A stretch of DNA of 44,536 nucleotides. Source: an uncultured Candidatus Saccharibacteria bacterium (GTDB lineage Bacteria > Patescibacteriota > Minisyncoccia > Minisyncoccales > PEYH01). The stretch covers positions 1 to 44,536 of the forward strand of contig CAZLVZ010000002.1 in NCBI GenBank assembly GCA_964563465.1. Direction: 5' to 3'. The translations under genes were made by a program, and so were the position numbers. The notes beneath the pieces were generated by a model that was given only the letters and a program-made list of their open reading frames with translations, had not been told where the DNA came from and ran no database searches. Positions 17,893 through 26,938 of this stretch are shown in pieces (positions within the stretch are counted from its first letter, which is position 1; each line of letters opens with the position of its first letter).

Positions 17893-18981
17893 ATGGAAGA
17901 AGACGAAGTTCAAATTAAATATTCTACACCAAGAGAGACAGAAAATATGGCCTCACGTGTTTTAGACATTTCATGGGGGACTATTGTAAAAATAATACTT
18001 TCCTTGACCGCGCTTTATTTAATTTTTTTAGTGCGAGATATTTTGATTTGGTTTGTTTTTGCTTTAGTTATTTCAATTTTATTTAATCCAGCAATTAACT
18101 TTTTACGCAAAGCTCATATTCCTAGAGTATTAGCAAGTGTCTTGGTATATATCGGCATTTTTGCTTTTCTCGGTTCTTTTATCTATATCCTTGCTCCAAT
18201 ATTGTTTTTGGAGCTTCAACAATTTTCTATTAGCTTTCCCTCCTATTTTGAACAAGCGACTCCCTATTTTAGTGGTTTAAAGATAGAAGCGCTTAAGGAT
18301 TTCCAAGCATTCTCTAATTCAATAGGGACAATACTCTCAAGTGCCTCTACCAATATTTTTACTGCGGTAGGCGCAATTTTTGGTGGTATTTTTTCTTCAA
18401 TAGCTATTTTTTCTATTGCTTTTTTTCTTTCTTTAGAGGAAGAAGGGATAGCAAAGGTGTTGATGCTCGCTTTTCCTAGAAAATATAAGGCAAAAGTTTT
18501 GACGACTTGGAGTAAAAGTCAGAAAAAAATTGCCTCTTGGTTTGGGGTTCGTATTATTTGTTGTTTTTTCATTGGATTAATTACTGGTGTTACCTGTTAT
18601 GTTATAGGCATCAAGTATGCAGTATTTTTTGGTCTTTTTGCCGGAATTTTTAATATTATTATTACGGTTGGTCCATTTCTAAGCGGTGGAATAATCACAA
18701 TTTTTATTTTAAGCATGGCTGGACTCCCAAAGGCAATGATTTTTCTCCTTGCCTTTTTCATTGCTCAAGAAATAGAGGGTTATATTATTATGCCGGTTTT
18801 GAGTAAGAAATTTCTTAAACTTTCTCCTGCTTTAGTTTTGATATCTTTGTTAATAGGAGCGAGGTTATGGGGGCTTATGGGAGCTATCTTGGTCATTCCT
18901 TTAGTTGGAATGCTTTTTGAACTTACAAAAGCATTCTTAGAGAAAAAACAAACGCTTGAACCAGTAGAAGAAGAGCTTTAA
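17893..18981 (+). CDS. AI-2E family transporter (PerM/UPF0118-like)
   Basis: 362 aa, multi-TM, with the conserved C-terminal region LIGARLWGLMGAILVIPLVG. Confidence 0.8.
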   Translation: MEEDEVQIKYSTPRETENMASRVLDISWGTIVKIILSLTALYLIFLVRDILIWFVFALVISILFNPAINFLRKAHIPRVLASVLVYIGIFAFLGSFIYILAPILFLELQQFSISFPSYFEQATPYFSGLKIEALKDFQAFSNSIGTILSSASTNIFTAVGAIFGGIFSSIAIFSIAFFLSLEEEGIAKVLMLAFPRKYKAKVLTTWSKSQKKIASWFGVRIICCFFIGLITGVTCYVIGIKYAVFFGLFAGIFNIIITVGPFLSGGIITIFILSMAGLPKAMIFLLAFFIAQEIEGYIIMPVLSKKFLKLSPALVLISLLIGARLWGLMGAILVIPLVGMLFELTKAFLEKKQTLEPVEEEL

Positions 18982-18984
18982 AAA

Positions 18985-19662
18985 ATGTCAGAAATTTTTA
19001 TTATTGCCACTCCAATTGGGAATCTTGAGGACTTATCATTTCGCGCCCTAAGAATACTCAAATGGGTTGATTTTGTTTTATGCGAGGACACAAATGTGAC
19101 AAGAAAATTATTGAATCATTACGATATCAAAACTTCAGTTATTAGCTACCATCAGCATTCAAAGATTGGAAAGATAAATTATATTTTAAAGCTTTTAGGG
19201 CAGGGTAAAAATTTAGCGATTGTTTCTGATGCCGGTACGCCAGGAATTTCTGATCCAGGCAATAAATTGATAGAAGAAGTAATAAAAACATTTGAAGATG
19301 ATGTGAAAATTATACCTGTTCCAGGGCCTTCTGCGGTTTCTACAATCGCTTCTGTTGCCGGATTAGCAATGGATAGATTCTTATTTTTAGGTTTTCCGCC
19401 TAAAAAAAGAAAGAGAAAAAAGTTCTTTCAAGAAGCAATAATTTCCGAATACCCAGTTGTTATTTATGAATCTTGTCATCGTATTTTAAAAACACTTAAA
19501 GAATTGCAGGAACTGAACAATAATCTGCAATTAGTAGTAGGTAGAGAATTGACTAAAAAATTTGAAACAATTTATCGCGGTCAAATTGACAAAGTGATAG
19601 AAAGAATAGAAAAAGATAAAGTAAAGGGCGAATTTGTAGTTATTATAAAGAACAATGAATAA
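18985..19662 (+). CDS. rsmI: 16S rRNA (cytidine1402-2'-O)-methyltransferase
   Basis: Motifs seen: ATPIGNLEDLSFRALRIL, CEDTNVTRKLL, VSDAGTPGISDPG. Confidence 0.9.
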   Translation: MSEIFIIATPIGNLEDLSFRALRILKWVDFVLCEDTNVTRKLLNHYDIKTSVISYHQHSKIGKINYILKLLGQGKNLAIVSDAGTPGISDPGNKLIEEVIKTFEDDVKIIPVPGPSAVSTIASVAGLAMDRFLFLGFPPKKRKRKKFFQEAIISEYPVVIYESCHRILKTLKELQELNNNLQLVVGRELTKKFETIYRGQIDKVIERIEKDKVKGEFVVIIKNNE

Positions 19663-21094
19663 AAGTACTAAAAAATTCTATATTTCCAGCGCTCTTCCAT
19701 ATGTTAATTCTGTTCCTCATCTTGGTTTTGCCTTGGAGATTGTTCAGGCAGATGTTCTTGCCCGCTATCACAGAAACTTGGGTGAGGAAGTTTTCTTTTT
19801 GACTGGTACAGACGAGAATGGCTTGAAAGTTGCTCGAGCCGCAGAAGAAGCGGGCGTGGAAGTTGGAAAATTTGCCGAACAAAACGCGAAGAAATTTCAA
19901 GGATTAAAACAAATTCTTAATTTGTCTTTTGATGATTTTATTCGAACAACCGAAGAAAGACATATCAAAGCAGTTAAAAAATTATGGCAGCTTTGCGAAA
20001 AAGATATTTACAAAAAAAAATATAAGGGACTTTATTGCGTTGGTTGCGAACAATTTTACAAGAAGGAAGAATTGGTTGATGGTTTATGTCCTGAACATAA
20101 AACAAAATTAGAATTGGTAGAAGAAGAAAATTATTTTTTTAAACTTTCAAAATACGAAAAACAGCTTAGAGAATTAATAGAAAGCGATGCTATCAAAATA
20201 ATCCCGGGATCTCGGAAAAACGAAGTAATAGGCTTTCTTAATAAAGGATTGGAAGATATTTGTATCTCTCGTTCTACTGAACGGGCGCGTGGTTGGGGGA
20301 TTGATGTGCCAGGAGATAAAACACAAAAGATTTGGTGTTGGTGGGACGCTGTGATCAACTATATTAGTGCGCTTGGTTATGGTGTAAATGACAAAAGATT
20401 TCAAGAATGGTGGCAGAATAATGATAATAAGCTACACATTATCGGGAAAGGAATACTTGTCTTCCATACCTTATATTGGCCCGCCGCATTGCTTTCTGCT
20501 GGGTTATCGTTACCAAATAAATTATTTGTTCATGGGTACTTGAGTATTAAGGGTGAAAAAATTTCAAAATCATTAGGCAATGTTATAGATCCCTATGGAT
20601 TAGTAGAACAATACGGAGCTGATGCTGTTCGATATTTTCTTTTGAGAGAAATTTCAAGCACAAAAGATGGCGATTTTACTATTGAAAAATTTAAGGAAAG
20701 ATATAATAGCGACTTGGCAAAAGGACTCGGGAATCTTATTGCGCGGGTGTTAAAGCTGGCTCAAGAACAAGACCAGGAATTAAAAATTCAGAACCAGGAA
20801 TTAAAAACTCAAATTAATAAAACAAGAGGAGACCATAAGAAGGCCTTAGATAATTTTCAATTTGATACTGCCTTAAAATCAATTTGGGAGTTGATTGGGT
20901 TTTGTGATAAGTATATAGAAAAAGAGAAACCATGGGAAGATACAGAAAATAAATCATCAATTATTAATGATTTATTATTGGCAATTAAAGAAATTGCTAA
21001 ATTACTTGAACCATTTTTACCCGAAACCTCCGAGAAAATCTCTGAACAGTTAAAAACCAAAAAATCCGAACCATTATTTCCGCGTCTTAAATAG
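19655..21094 (+). CDS. metG: Methionine--tRNA ligase (short form, no C-terminal tRNA-binding domain)
   Basis: Motifs seen: ALPYVNSVPHLGFALE, the zinc knuckle CVGCEQF...CPEH, and KISKSLGN. Confidence 0.95.
   Translation: MNKSTKKFYISSALPYVNSVPHLGFALEIVQADVLARYHRNLGEEVFFLTGTDENGLKVARAAEEAGVEVGKFAEQNAKKFQGLKQILNLSFDDFIRTTEERHIKAVKKLWQLCEKDIYKKKYKGLYCVGCEQFYKKEELVDGLCPEHKTKLELVEEENYFFKLSKYEKQLRELIESDAIKIIPGSRKNEVIGFLNKGLEDICISRSTERARGWGIDVPGDKTQKIWCWWDAVINYISALGYGVNDKRFQEWWQNNDNKLHIIGKGILVFHTLYWPAALLSAGLSLPNKLFVHGYLSIKGEKISKSLGNVIDPYGLVEQYGADAVRYFLLREISSTKDGDFTIEKFKERYNSDLAKGLGNLIARVLKLAQEQDQELKIQNQELKTQINKTRGDHKKALDNFQFDTALKSIWELIGFCDKYIEKEKPWEDTENKSSIINDLLLAIKEIAKLLEPFLPETSEKISEQLKTKKSEPLFPRLK
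20771..20812 (+). repeat. In-frame 2 x 21-bp tandem duplication inside metG (DQELKIQ/NQELKTQ)
   Basis: The units GACCAGGAATTAAAAATTCAG and AACCAGGAATTAAAAACTCAA match at 18/21 positions. Confidence 0.7.
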
Positions 21095-21102
21095 AAAATA
21101 TT

Positions 21103-21957
21103 ATGTATTTTGACACGCACGCACATCTTAATTTCGCTACTTTTGTAAAAGACCGAGACAGTGTTGTTAAAAAATGCCTCCAAGAAAAGATTTGGCTTAT
21201 TAATGTCGGCACTAATTTTTTTACTTCTCAAAAAGCAGTTGAAATTGCTCAAAAATATGATGAAGGAATTTATGCGGCAATTGGCCTTCATCCAATAAAC
21301 TTGGACACGGGGTTGATTAAAATGAAAATAGACAAAGACGAAGATGAAGATGACGGAGACTCTCCCTTTGAACAGGAATTTGATTACGAAAGATATAAAA
21401 AATTAGCTCAAAACAAAAAGGTAGTTGCTATTGGTGAAATAGGGCTTGATTATTATTGGAAACCAAAAACTAAAAAGAGATTAGAAGATTTTAAATTTAA
21501 ACAGAGAAATTTATTTTTAACAGAATTACGCTTGGCAAAAGAATTAGATTTACCGATTATAATTCATTGTCGTATGGCCCACGAGGATTTATTAAGGATT
21601 TTAAGAAAACAGTATTCAATTTATGATTCTAAATTCAAGGGAGTAATCCATTGTTTCACTGGCGACTGGGAACAGGCGAAACAATACATGGAATTAGGAT
21701 TTTTGATTGGGTTTAACGGTATCATTTTTAAATTAAAATTGGATGATGTTATTAAAAAAATCTCACTTAATAAAATTTTGATTGAAACCGATTGTCCTTA
21801 TCTTTCTCCGCCAAGTTATAATCAAAAACAAAACGATCCCTTTGGAGTAAAAATTATCGCACAAGAAATTGCCCGCATTAAAAAGCTTTCCCTGGAAGAA
21901 GTGGCCGTTCAAACCACCAAAAACGCCAAGAAGCTATTCTTAAGTATTAATAATTAG
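21103..21957 (+). CDS. tatD: TatD-family metal-dependent hydrolase
   Basis: Motifs seen: YFDTHAHLNF, AIGEIGLDYYW, PIIIHCR, ETDCPYLSP. It contains an acidic insert (KDEDEDDGD). Confidence 0.9.
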   Translation: MYFDTHAHLNFATFVKDRDSVVKKCLQEKIWLINVGTNFFTSQKAVEIAQKYDEGIYAAIGLHPINLDTGLIKMKIDKDEDEDDGDSPFEQEFDYERYKKLAQNKKVVAIGEIGLDYYWKPKTKKRLEDFKFKQRNLFLTELRLAKELDLPIIIHCRMAHEDLLRILRKQYSIYDSKFKGVIHCFTGDWEQAKQYMELGFLIGFNGIIFKLKLDDVIKKISLNKILIETDCPYLSPPSYNQKQNDPFGVKIIAQEIARIKKLSLEEVAVQTTKNAKKLFLSINN

Positions 21958-21963
21958 ATTATT

Positions 21964-22962
21964 ATGTTACTTTTTTGGATAATCATTTTTATTGTTTCTC
22001 TCATCGTTTTAGTCAAGGGAGCTGATTGGCTTTTACAAAGCGCTGAAAAAATTGGCTTATCCTTTGGTATTTCGCCCTTTATTATCGGAGTAACCATCGT
22101 TGGTCTTGGCACTTCCTTTCCAGAACTCATCTCAGCGATGATGGCAGTTTTTCGGGGCGTGACAGAGATAGTCCCAGCTAGCGCTATCGGCTCTAATATT
22201 GCCAACATACTTTTGGTTATAGGCATTTCTGCAGTCATTGGAAAAAAACTTCTTATCCACAAAAGCCTTATTGATTTAGATTTGCCTTTGTTAGCAATTT
22301 CAACAGTTCTCTTTTTGGGTATAGCGTGGGACAAACAGATTACTTTTATAGAAGCCCTGCTCTTACTTCTTGCTTACGGCATTTATCTTTTGTATAGCTT
22401 TTTATACAGAGAAGAAGAGACAGAAGAGATTCACGAAGTTCTTCCTGATAGAGCAGAAAGAAGGAAATTACAGAGTCAAAAGACATTCAAGAAAAAATTA
22501 AAGAAAAAACCCAAGATAGGTATTAAAGATTTTTTAGTGTTAGGGGCGGGGATTATATCTTTAGTGTTCGGGGCAAAATATCTTATTGACTCTGTAATAA
22601 AACTATCTGAGATTTTGGAAATTGGCGCAGGAGCTATTTCTTTAGCCGCGGTAGCACTAGGAACCTCTTTGCCAGAGCTATTGGTTTCGGTAAAGGCCGC
22701 CTTACAGAATAAATCAGAGTTAGCGTTGGGGAATGTCTTTGGTTCCAATGTATTCAACCTTTTGGTAGTTGTTGGTATTCCTGGACTTTTTAAAACCTTG
22801 CAAATAGATGAAAAAACTTTTTCTTTAGGACTGCCGATTTTAGCCGCTGCTACTTTTCTTTTTATTATTTCCGGCATTTCTCGCAGAATTCATATTTGGG
22901 AAGGAGCGATGTACCTTATTGTTTATATCTTTTTTGTCGGCAAGCTCTTTGGGCTTTTTTAA
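21964..22962 (+). CDS. Ca2+/cation antiporter (CaCA/YrbG-like)
   Basis: It has two alpha-repeats (GLGTSFPELISAM and ALGTSLPELLVSV; GSNIANILLV and GSNVFNLLVV) separated by a charged loop. Confidence 0.8.
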   Translation: MLLFWIIIFIVSLIVLVKGADWLLQSAEKIGLSFGISPFIIGVTIVGLGTSFPELISAMMAVFRGVTEIVPASAIGSNIANILLVIGISAVIGKKLLIHKSLIDLDLPLLAISTVLFLGIAWDKQITFIEALLLLLAYGIYLLYSFLYREEETEEIHEVLPDRAERRKLQSQKTFKKKLKKKPKIGIKDFLVLGAGIISLVFGAKYLIDSVIKLSEILEIGAGAISLAAVALGTSLPELLVSVKAALQNKSELALGNVFGSNVFNLLVVVGIPGLFKTLQIDEKTFSLGLPILAAATFLFIISGISRRIHIWEGAMYLIVYIFFVGKLFGLF

Positions 22963-22989
22963 GAGCATAACAAGATTATCAAGAATGGG

Positions 22990-23215
22990 ATGTCAAAGAA
23001 AAAAGAGAATTTGACAAGAGGTCGTAAAGAAGGCAGAATATAAATATAACCTAAAGGGGGCAAGAATGAAGTGGAAAAACGATGTACCGAGAAGAGACCT
23101 AAGGAAAGACCTCGCAACTTTGTGGAAATGGCTCCGTAAGTTGTCTACAAAAGACAAAAGCGGATGCAGTAGTTTTTTTACGAGATTGTAAAGCCACACC
23201 CTCTTTTTTTACACG
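22990..23215 (+). ncRNA. Candidate structured leader or small RNA upstream of leuS (family unknown)
   Basis: The region is visibly more G+C-rich than its flanks. Helices seen by eye: UGUCAAA/UUUGACA (22991..23017), UCGUAAAGAAG with UUUUUUUACGA (long-range), GAGGUC/GACCUC, and AAAGGGGG/CCCUCUUU. It ends at the terminator at 23216..23238, 39 nt before the leuS ATG. Confidence 0.3.
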
Positions 23216-23238
23216 GCCGGGCATAGCTCGGCTTTTTT
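23216..23238 (+). terminator. Intrinsic terminator immediately upstream of leuS
   Basis: GCCGGG-CAUAG-CUCGGC forms a 6-bp stem including one G:U pair, followed by TTTTTT. Confidence 0.6.
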
Positions 23239-23276
23239 ATTGAAAAATTTAGGAATCTTGCGTAGAATAAAGAATC

Positions 23277-25652
23277 ATGGAAAAATATGATCCAAAAGCC
23301 GTAGAGGCAAAATGGCAGAAAAAATGGAAGCAAGAGAAAATTTTTGAGGCAAAGGATTTTTCAAAAAATCCAAAGTTTTTTATTTTAGACATGTTCCCCT
23401 ATCCTTCTGGGGCTGGACTTCATGTTGGTCACCCCCGGGGATATGTTGGGTCAGATATTATTGCTCATTTTAAGAGAATGAATGGTTATAATGTTTTGCA
23501 TCCCATGGGCTGGGACGCTTTTGGCTTGCCAGCAGAAAATTACGCCATTAAAACAGGTATTCATCCAAAGGTTTCTATTAAGGAGAATATAGAAAGATTT
23601 AAAAAACAGATGAATAATATCGGCTTATTCTATGATTGGTCAAGAGAGCTTAATACCACGGATCCTGATTATTACAAATGGACTCAATGGATTTTTCTTA
23701 AGTTGTTTGAAAGGGGGCTTGCCTATCAGGCGACATTACCAATTAACTGGTGTCCTTCGTGCAAAACCGGATTAGCCAACGAGGAAGTAGTAGATGGAAA
23801 ATGCGAGAGGTGCGGAACTGTTGTTACTAAAAAGAATATTAAACAGTGGGTTTTAAAAATTACTAATTATGCTGAAAAATTACTTGATGGCCTAGAAAAA
23901 CTTGATTGGCCAGAACAAATTAAAGAGATGCAAAGAAATTGGATAGGAAAATCTCGAGGCGCAGACATAGTGTTTCCCGTTAACGATAGCAAATTAGAAA
24001 TTAAGATATTTACGACTCGTCCAGATACGATTTTTGGAGCAACATTTATGGTTTTATCGCCAGAGCACGAATTGGTTGAAAAAATTACCATTCCGGACAA
24101 ATTAGAAGATGTGAAAAAATATCAAGAAGAAACCAAAAAGAAGCTTGATGTAGAGAGGCAGATGGAAGACAAAGAAAAAACAGGAGTTTTTACAGGAGCT
24201 TATGCTGTCAATCCTGCTACCAAAGAAAAAATTCCTATTTATATTGCCGACTATGTCCTGCCTCATTATGGTTATGGGGCAATAATGGGAGTTCCTGCGC
24301 ACGATGAGAGAGACCGTGATTTTGCTGAAAAATTTAATTTATTGATTAAGGATATAGAATTAAACAAAACCGTAGAGCAGGCCACAAAGTGGATAGAAAA
24401 GAAAGGTTGTGGCAAAAAAGCAGTCAATTACAAACTTCGGGATTGGATTTTTTCCAGACAAAGATATTGGGGCGAACCGATTCCACTTATTTTTTGTGAA
24501 GATTGTAAAAAAAGAATTGGGAAAGGAGATTACAAAAAAGGAGAGTTTAGTAAGGGAGAATTATTAAATCCAGGTTGGATTGCCTTATCAAAAAAAGACC
24601 TTCCTTTAGAGTTGCCTAAATTAGAGAAATATCAGCCAAGCGGTACGGGAGAATCTCCTTTAATTCAAGCAAAGGAATGGGTTCAAACAAAATGTCCAAA
24701 ATGTGGAAGCGTGGCTGTTAGAGAAACCAACACAATGCCTCAATGGGCCGGATCTTGCTGGTATTTTATTCGTTACCTTGATTCGAAGAATAAAGAGGAA
24801 TTAGCTGGAAGTAAATTAATGAAAAAATGGTTGCCAGTTGATTTTTATATTGGTGGAGCCGAACACGCTGTGCTTCATCTTTTGTATTCTCGTTTTTGGA
24901 TAAAGGCATTGTTCGACGCAAAAGTTATTCATTTTGATGAACCATTTTTGAAATTTCAAACAATTGGACTAATTTTAGCATCTGATGGGCAAAAAATGTC
25001 AAAATCACGGGGTAATGTTATAAATCCAGACAAAGTTATTGAAAATTATGGAGCAGACGCTTTTCGTCTTTATGAAATGTTTATGGGTCCCTTTGATCAG
25101 CCGATTTTCTGGGATTCAGATGGAATTTTAGGAACAAGAAGATTTCTTGAAAAAATTTGGAATATTTTTTCAGAGTTTAATAAAGAGGACGATAAAAGGA
25201 TTAAAAGAAAGTTTCACCAAACTGTTAAAAAGGTTACCGAAGATATTGAGGTACAGAAATTTAACACAGCGATAGCATCCATGATGGAGTTTATAAATGA
25301 GGCGCAGAATTTTGGAATTACGAAAGAGCAAGCAAAAGATTTTTTGAAAATTTTAGCTCCGTTTGCCCCACATATAACCGAAGAATTGTGGCACAGATTA
25401 GGACATAAAGATTCTATTTTGAAAGAGAAGTGGCCAGAATATGATAAAAAATTAATAAAAGAAGAGGCCTTCTATTTAGTTGTTCAGATAAATGGAAAAT
25501 TGCGTGATACCATCGGAACATCTTTGGATATTTCCGAAAATCAGGCAAAGGATTTAGCTTTAAAATCAGAGAAAATTCAAAAATGGCTTGAGAATAAAAA
25601 AATTAGAAAAACAATTTTTGTAAAAAATAAATTAATCAATTTTGTAGTTTAG
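23277..25652 (+). CDS. leuS: Leucine--tRNA ligase
   Basis: Motifs seen: MFPYPSGAGLHVGHPRGY, the CP1 editing block TTRPDTIFGATFMVLSPEH, and KMSKSRGNVINP. 791 aa. Confidence 0.95.
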   Translation: MEKYDPKAVEAKWQKKWKQEKIFEAKDFSKNPKFFILDMFPYPSGAGLHVGHPRGYVGSDIIAHFKRMNGYNVLHPMGWDAFGLPAENYAIKTGIHPKVSIKENIERFKKQMNNIGLFYDWSRELNTTDPDYYKWTQWIFLKLFERGLAYQATLPINWCPSCKTGLANEEVVDGKCERCGTVVTKKNIKQWVLKITNYAEKLLDGLEKLDWPEQIKEMQRNWIGKSRGADIVFPVNDSKLEIKIFTTRPDTIFGATFMVLSPEHELVEKITIPDKLEDVKKYQEETKKKLDVERQMEDKEKTGVFTGAYAVNPATKEKIPIYIADYVLPHYGYGAIMGVPAHDERDRDFAEKFNLLIKDIELNKTVEQATKWIEKKGCGKKAVNYKLRDWIFSRQRYWGEPIPLIFCEDCKKRIGKGDYKKGEFSKGELLNPGWIALSKKDLPLELPKLEKYQPSGTGESPLIQAKEWVQTKCPKCGSVAVRETNTMPQWAGSCWYFIRYLDSKNKEELAGSKLMKKWLPVDFYIGGAEHAVLHLLYSRFWIKALFDAKVIHFDEPFLKFQTIGLILASDGQKMSKSRGNVINPDKVIENYGADAFRLYEMFMGPFDQPIFWDSDGILGTRRFLEKIWNIFSEFNKEDDKRIKRKFHQTVKKVTEDIEVQKFNTAIASMMEFINEAQNFGITKEQAKDFLKILAPFAPHITEELWHRLGHKDSILKEKWPEYDKKLIKEEAFYLVVQINGKLRDTIGTSLDISENQAKDLALKSEKIQKWLENKKIRKTIFVKNKLINFVV
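25587..25652 (+). repeat. leuS 3'-terminal segment (copy 1 of 3, the functional gene end)
   Basis: ...CTTGAGAATAAAAAAATTAGAAAAACAATTTTTGTAAAAAATAAATTAATCAATTTTGTAGTTTAG encodes LENKKIRKTIFVKNKLINFVV*. Confidence 0.8.
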
Positions 25653-25695
25653 AGTTTTTGTTGAAATTAAATTTTATTGTGATAAACTATAATAT

Positions 25696-25911
25696 ATGAA
25701 TCACATTATTGCTAATCCAAAAATTTTTGGCGGTAAACCCATTATTAAAGGAACCAGGATTTCTGTTGAATTTATTATGGAATTGACCGCTTCTGGCATG
25801 ACCGTTGATGAAATCGTTAAAGAATATCCGACTATTAACAAAAGAAATGTCCTTGCAGCCATTAAATATGCCACTCAGGTTTTCAAAAAGCAAGAGCTTG
25901 TTTTTGCTTAA
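25696..25911 (+). CDS. DUF433-family protein (antitoxin-like partner of DUF5615)
   Basis: IFGGKPIIKGTRISVEFIMELTASGMTVDEIVKEYPTINKRNVLAAIKYA matches the DUF433 pattern along its whole length. Confidence 0.8.
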   Translation: MNHIIANPKIFGGKPIIKGTRISVEFIMELTASGMTVDEIVKEYPTINKRNVLAAIKYATQVFKKQELVFA

Positions 25912-25919
25912 TTTTTTCT

Positions 25920-26110
25920 ATGAAATTTTTAGCTGATGCCAATATTGCTCCGAGGACAATTGAAGCTCTTAGACAGGCGGATTTTAATGTTAAAAGCATA
26001 AGCGAGGAAGGACAAGGAGAGATATCCGACGAAATGGTAATTAAATTGGCTATCAAAAAAATAACCTTATAATTTTAACCGAGAAAGGAATCAGAGCATA
26101 TAAAGAATGA
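25920..26110 (+). pseudogene. DUF5615-like (PIN/Mut7-C-like toxin partner) remnant, frameshifted and 3'-truncated
   Basis: MKFLADANIAPRTIEALRQADFNVKSISEEGQGEISDEMVIKLAIKK then stops at 26070..26072. A 1-nt shift in the A7 run (26055..26061) continues as NNLIILTEKGIRAYKE*. The total is still only about 62 codons, against roughly 110 that I recall as typical for the family. Confidence 0.65.
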
Positions 26111-26134
26111 AAGAAGTTGATATTTATGAATTTA

Positions 26135-26197
26135 TTGAACAAAAAAATTAAAAAAACAATTTTTGTCAAAAACAAATTAATTAATTTTGTGATATAG
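26135..26197 (+). repeat. Degenerate duplicate of the leuS 3' end (copy 2)
   Basis: TTGAACAAAAAAATTAAAAAAACAATTTTTGTCAAAAACAAATTAATTAATTTTGTGATATAG reads LNKKIKKTIFVKNKLINFVI*. It has about 6 mismatches to copy 1 by eye, and the stop codon is in the same register. Confidence 0.8.
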
Positions 26198-26242
26198 CAT
26201 TTTATTGTAATTCTATTGTTTTTATGTTAACTTTTAATTACC

Positions 26243-26533
26243 ATGACCATAGAAACCATAGCTCGAAAATTAAAAACTACGCCACAAGCACTGCTCAAAG
26301 AAAGCGTTTTTGCGTATTTGCAAAGACGGCTTAATACTGTTTCTATCGAGATAGATGGCCTGAAAGGGAAATGGCAGGTTAAGTCAGCTGAGGATTTTGA
26401 GAAAGCTATAAAAGATGGGAAAATTCATGAGTTCTCTAAAGGACAAGACGCTAGTGAAGATTTTTTTCGGCTCTCTCATATAGAAGAAGAAAAAAGACAT
26501 CTCTTAAAACTTGTTAGGGAATATGCGTTCTGA
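26243..26533 (+). CDS. Hypothetical small protein, putative partner (antitoxin-like) of the downstream DUF6516-like gene
   Basis: A 96-aa ORF that overlaps the next gene. No motif was recognised. Confidence 0.5.
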   Translation: MTIETIARKLKTTPQALLKESVFAYLQRRLNTVSIEIDGLKGKWQVKSAEDFEKAIKDGKIHEFSKGQDASEDFFRLSHIEEEKRHLLKLVREYAF

Positions 26534-26903
26534 TTATCTTCCAATCTTTGAGCTCGCCGAGGCAGAATTTTCTGAAATTATCGTAAGCTTTAAAGATTTA
26601 GAGCATAAAATAAGATTTTATTTAATTGACAATAGTTATATTGATGTATGTCTGGGCGGTCCGAGATTTTCGGGTCGTTTTAGTTTTCACTGGGAAAGAG
26701 GGCACATTGACGGCAGGATTTATCGTTATGACAATTTTCCCAACACCAAATGGAAAAAATTAGAGTCGTTTCCTTTTCATTTCCATAATGGTTCTCAAAA
26801 TCGGGTAATTGAGGCAAAATTTTCCAAGAGACCATTAAATGGTTTTAGGGATTTTATGGAATGGATAAGGGGTTTTGTCGCAAGGCAAAAAAACAAAAAA
26901 TAA
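26511..26903 (+). CDS. DUF6516 / TumE-like toxin-antitoxin-system protein
   Basis: FSFHWERGHIDGRIYRYDNFPNTKWKKLESFPFHFHNG matches the family core as I recall it (..HWe....i.RyDN.ph......fPhH.H). An alternative ATG at 26523 overlaps the upstream stop. Confidence 0.6.
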   Translation: MLGNMRSDYLPIFELAEAEFSEIIVSFKDLEHKIRFYLIDNSYIDVCLGGPRFSGRFSFHWERGHIDGRIYRYDNFPNTKWKKLESFPFHFHNGSQNRVIEAKFSKRPLNGFRDFMEWIRGFVARQKNKK

Positions 26904-26938
26904 TTTTTCAAAGGATAAATTAATTAATTTTGTGATAG
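26903..26938 (+). repeat. Shorter, more degraded duplicate of the leuS 3' end (copy 3)
   Basis: ATTTTTCAAAGGATAAATTAATTAATTTTGTGATAG aligns to the last ~40 nt of copy 2 (AATTTTTGTCAAAAACAAATTAATTAATTTTGTGATATAG). Confidence 0.65.

Noticed and set aside
20857-21291. 144-aa minus-strand ORF spanning the metG-tatD junction. Similar long antisense ORFs occur at 21954..22334, 22476..22877 and 43797..44138.
   Set aside because: All lie fully antisense to genes with strong family motifs (metG/tatD, the CaCA antiporter, ftsZ). They have no start context or recognisable motifs, and their composition mirrors the sense-strand codons.
22993-23199. 68-aa minus-strand ORF in the antiporter-leuS spacer
   Set aside because: It has no RBS and no family resemblance. 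The region is better explained as structured RNA on the + strand ending at a terminator.
22985-23240. Calling the leuS upstream element a T-box riboswitch
   Set aside because: I could not find the conserved T-box sequence (AA..GGGUGGUACCGCG-like) adjacent to the terminator, nor a convincing specifier loop with a Leu codon. It is kept only as an unclassified candidate leader.
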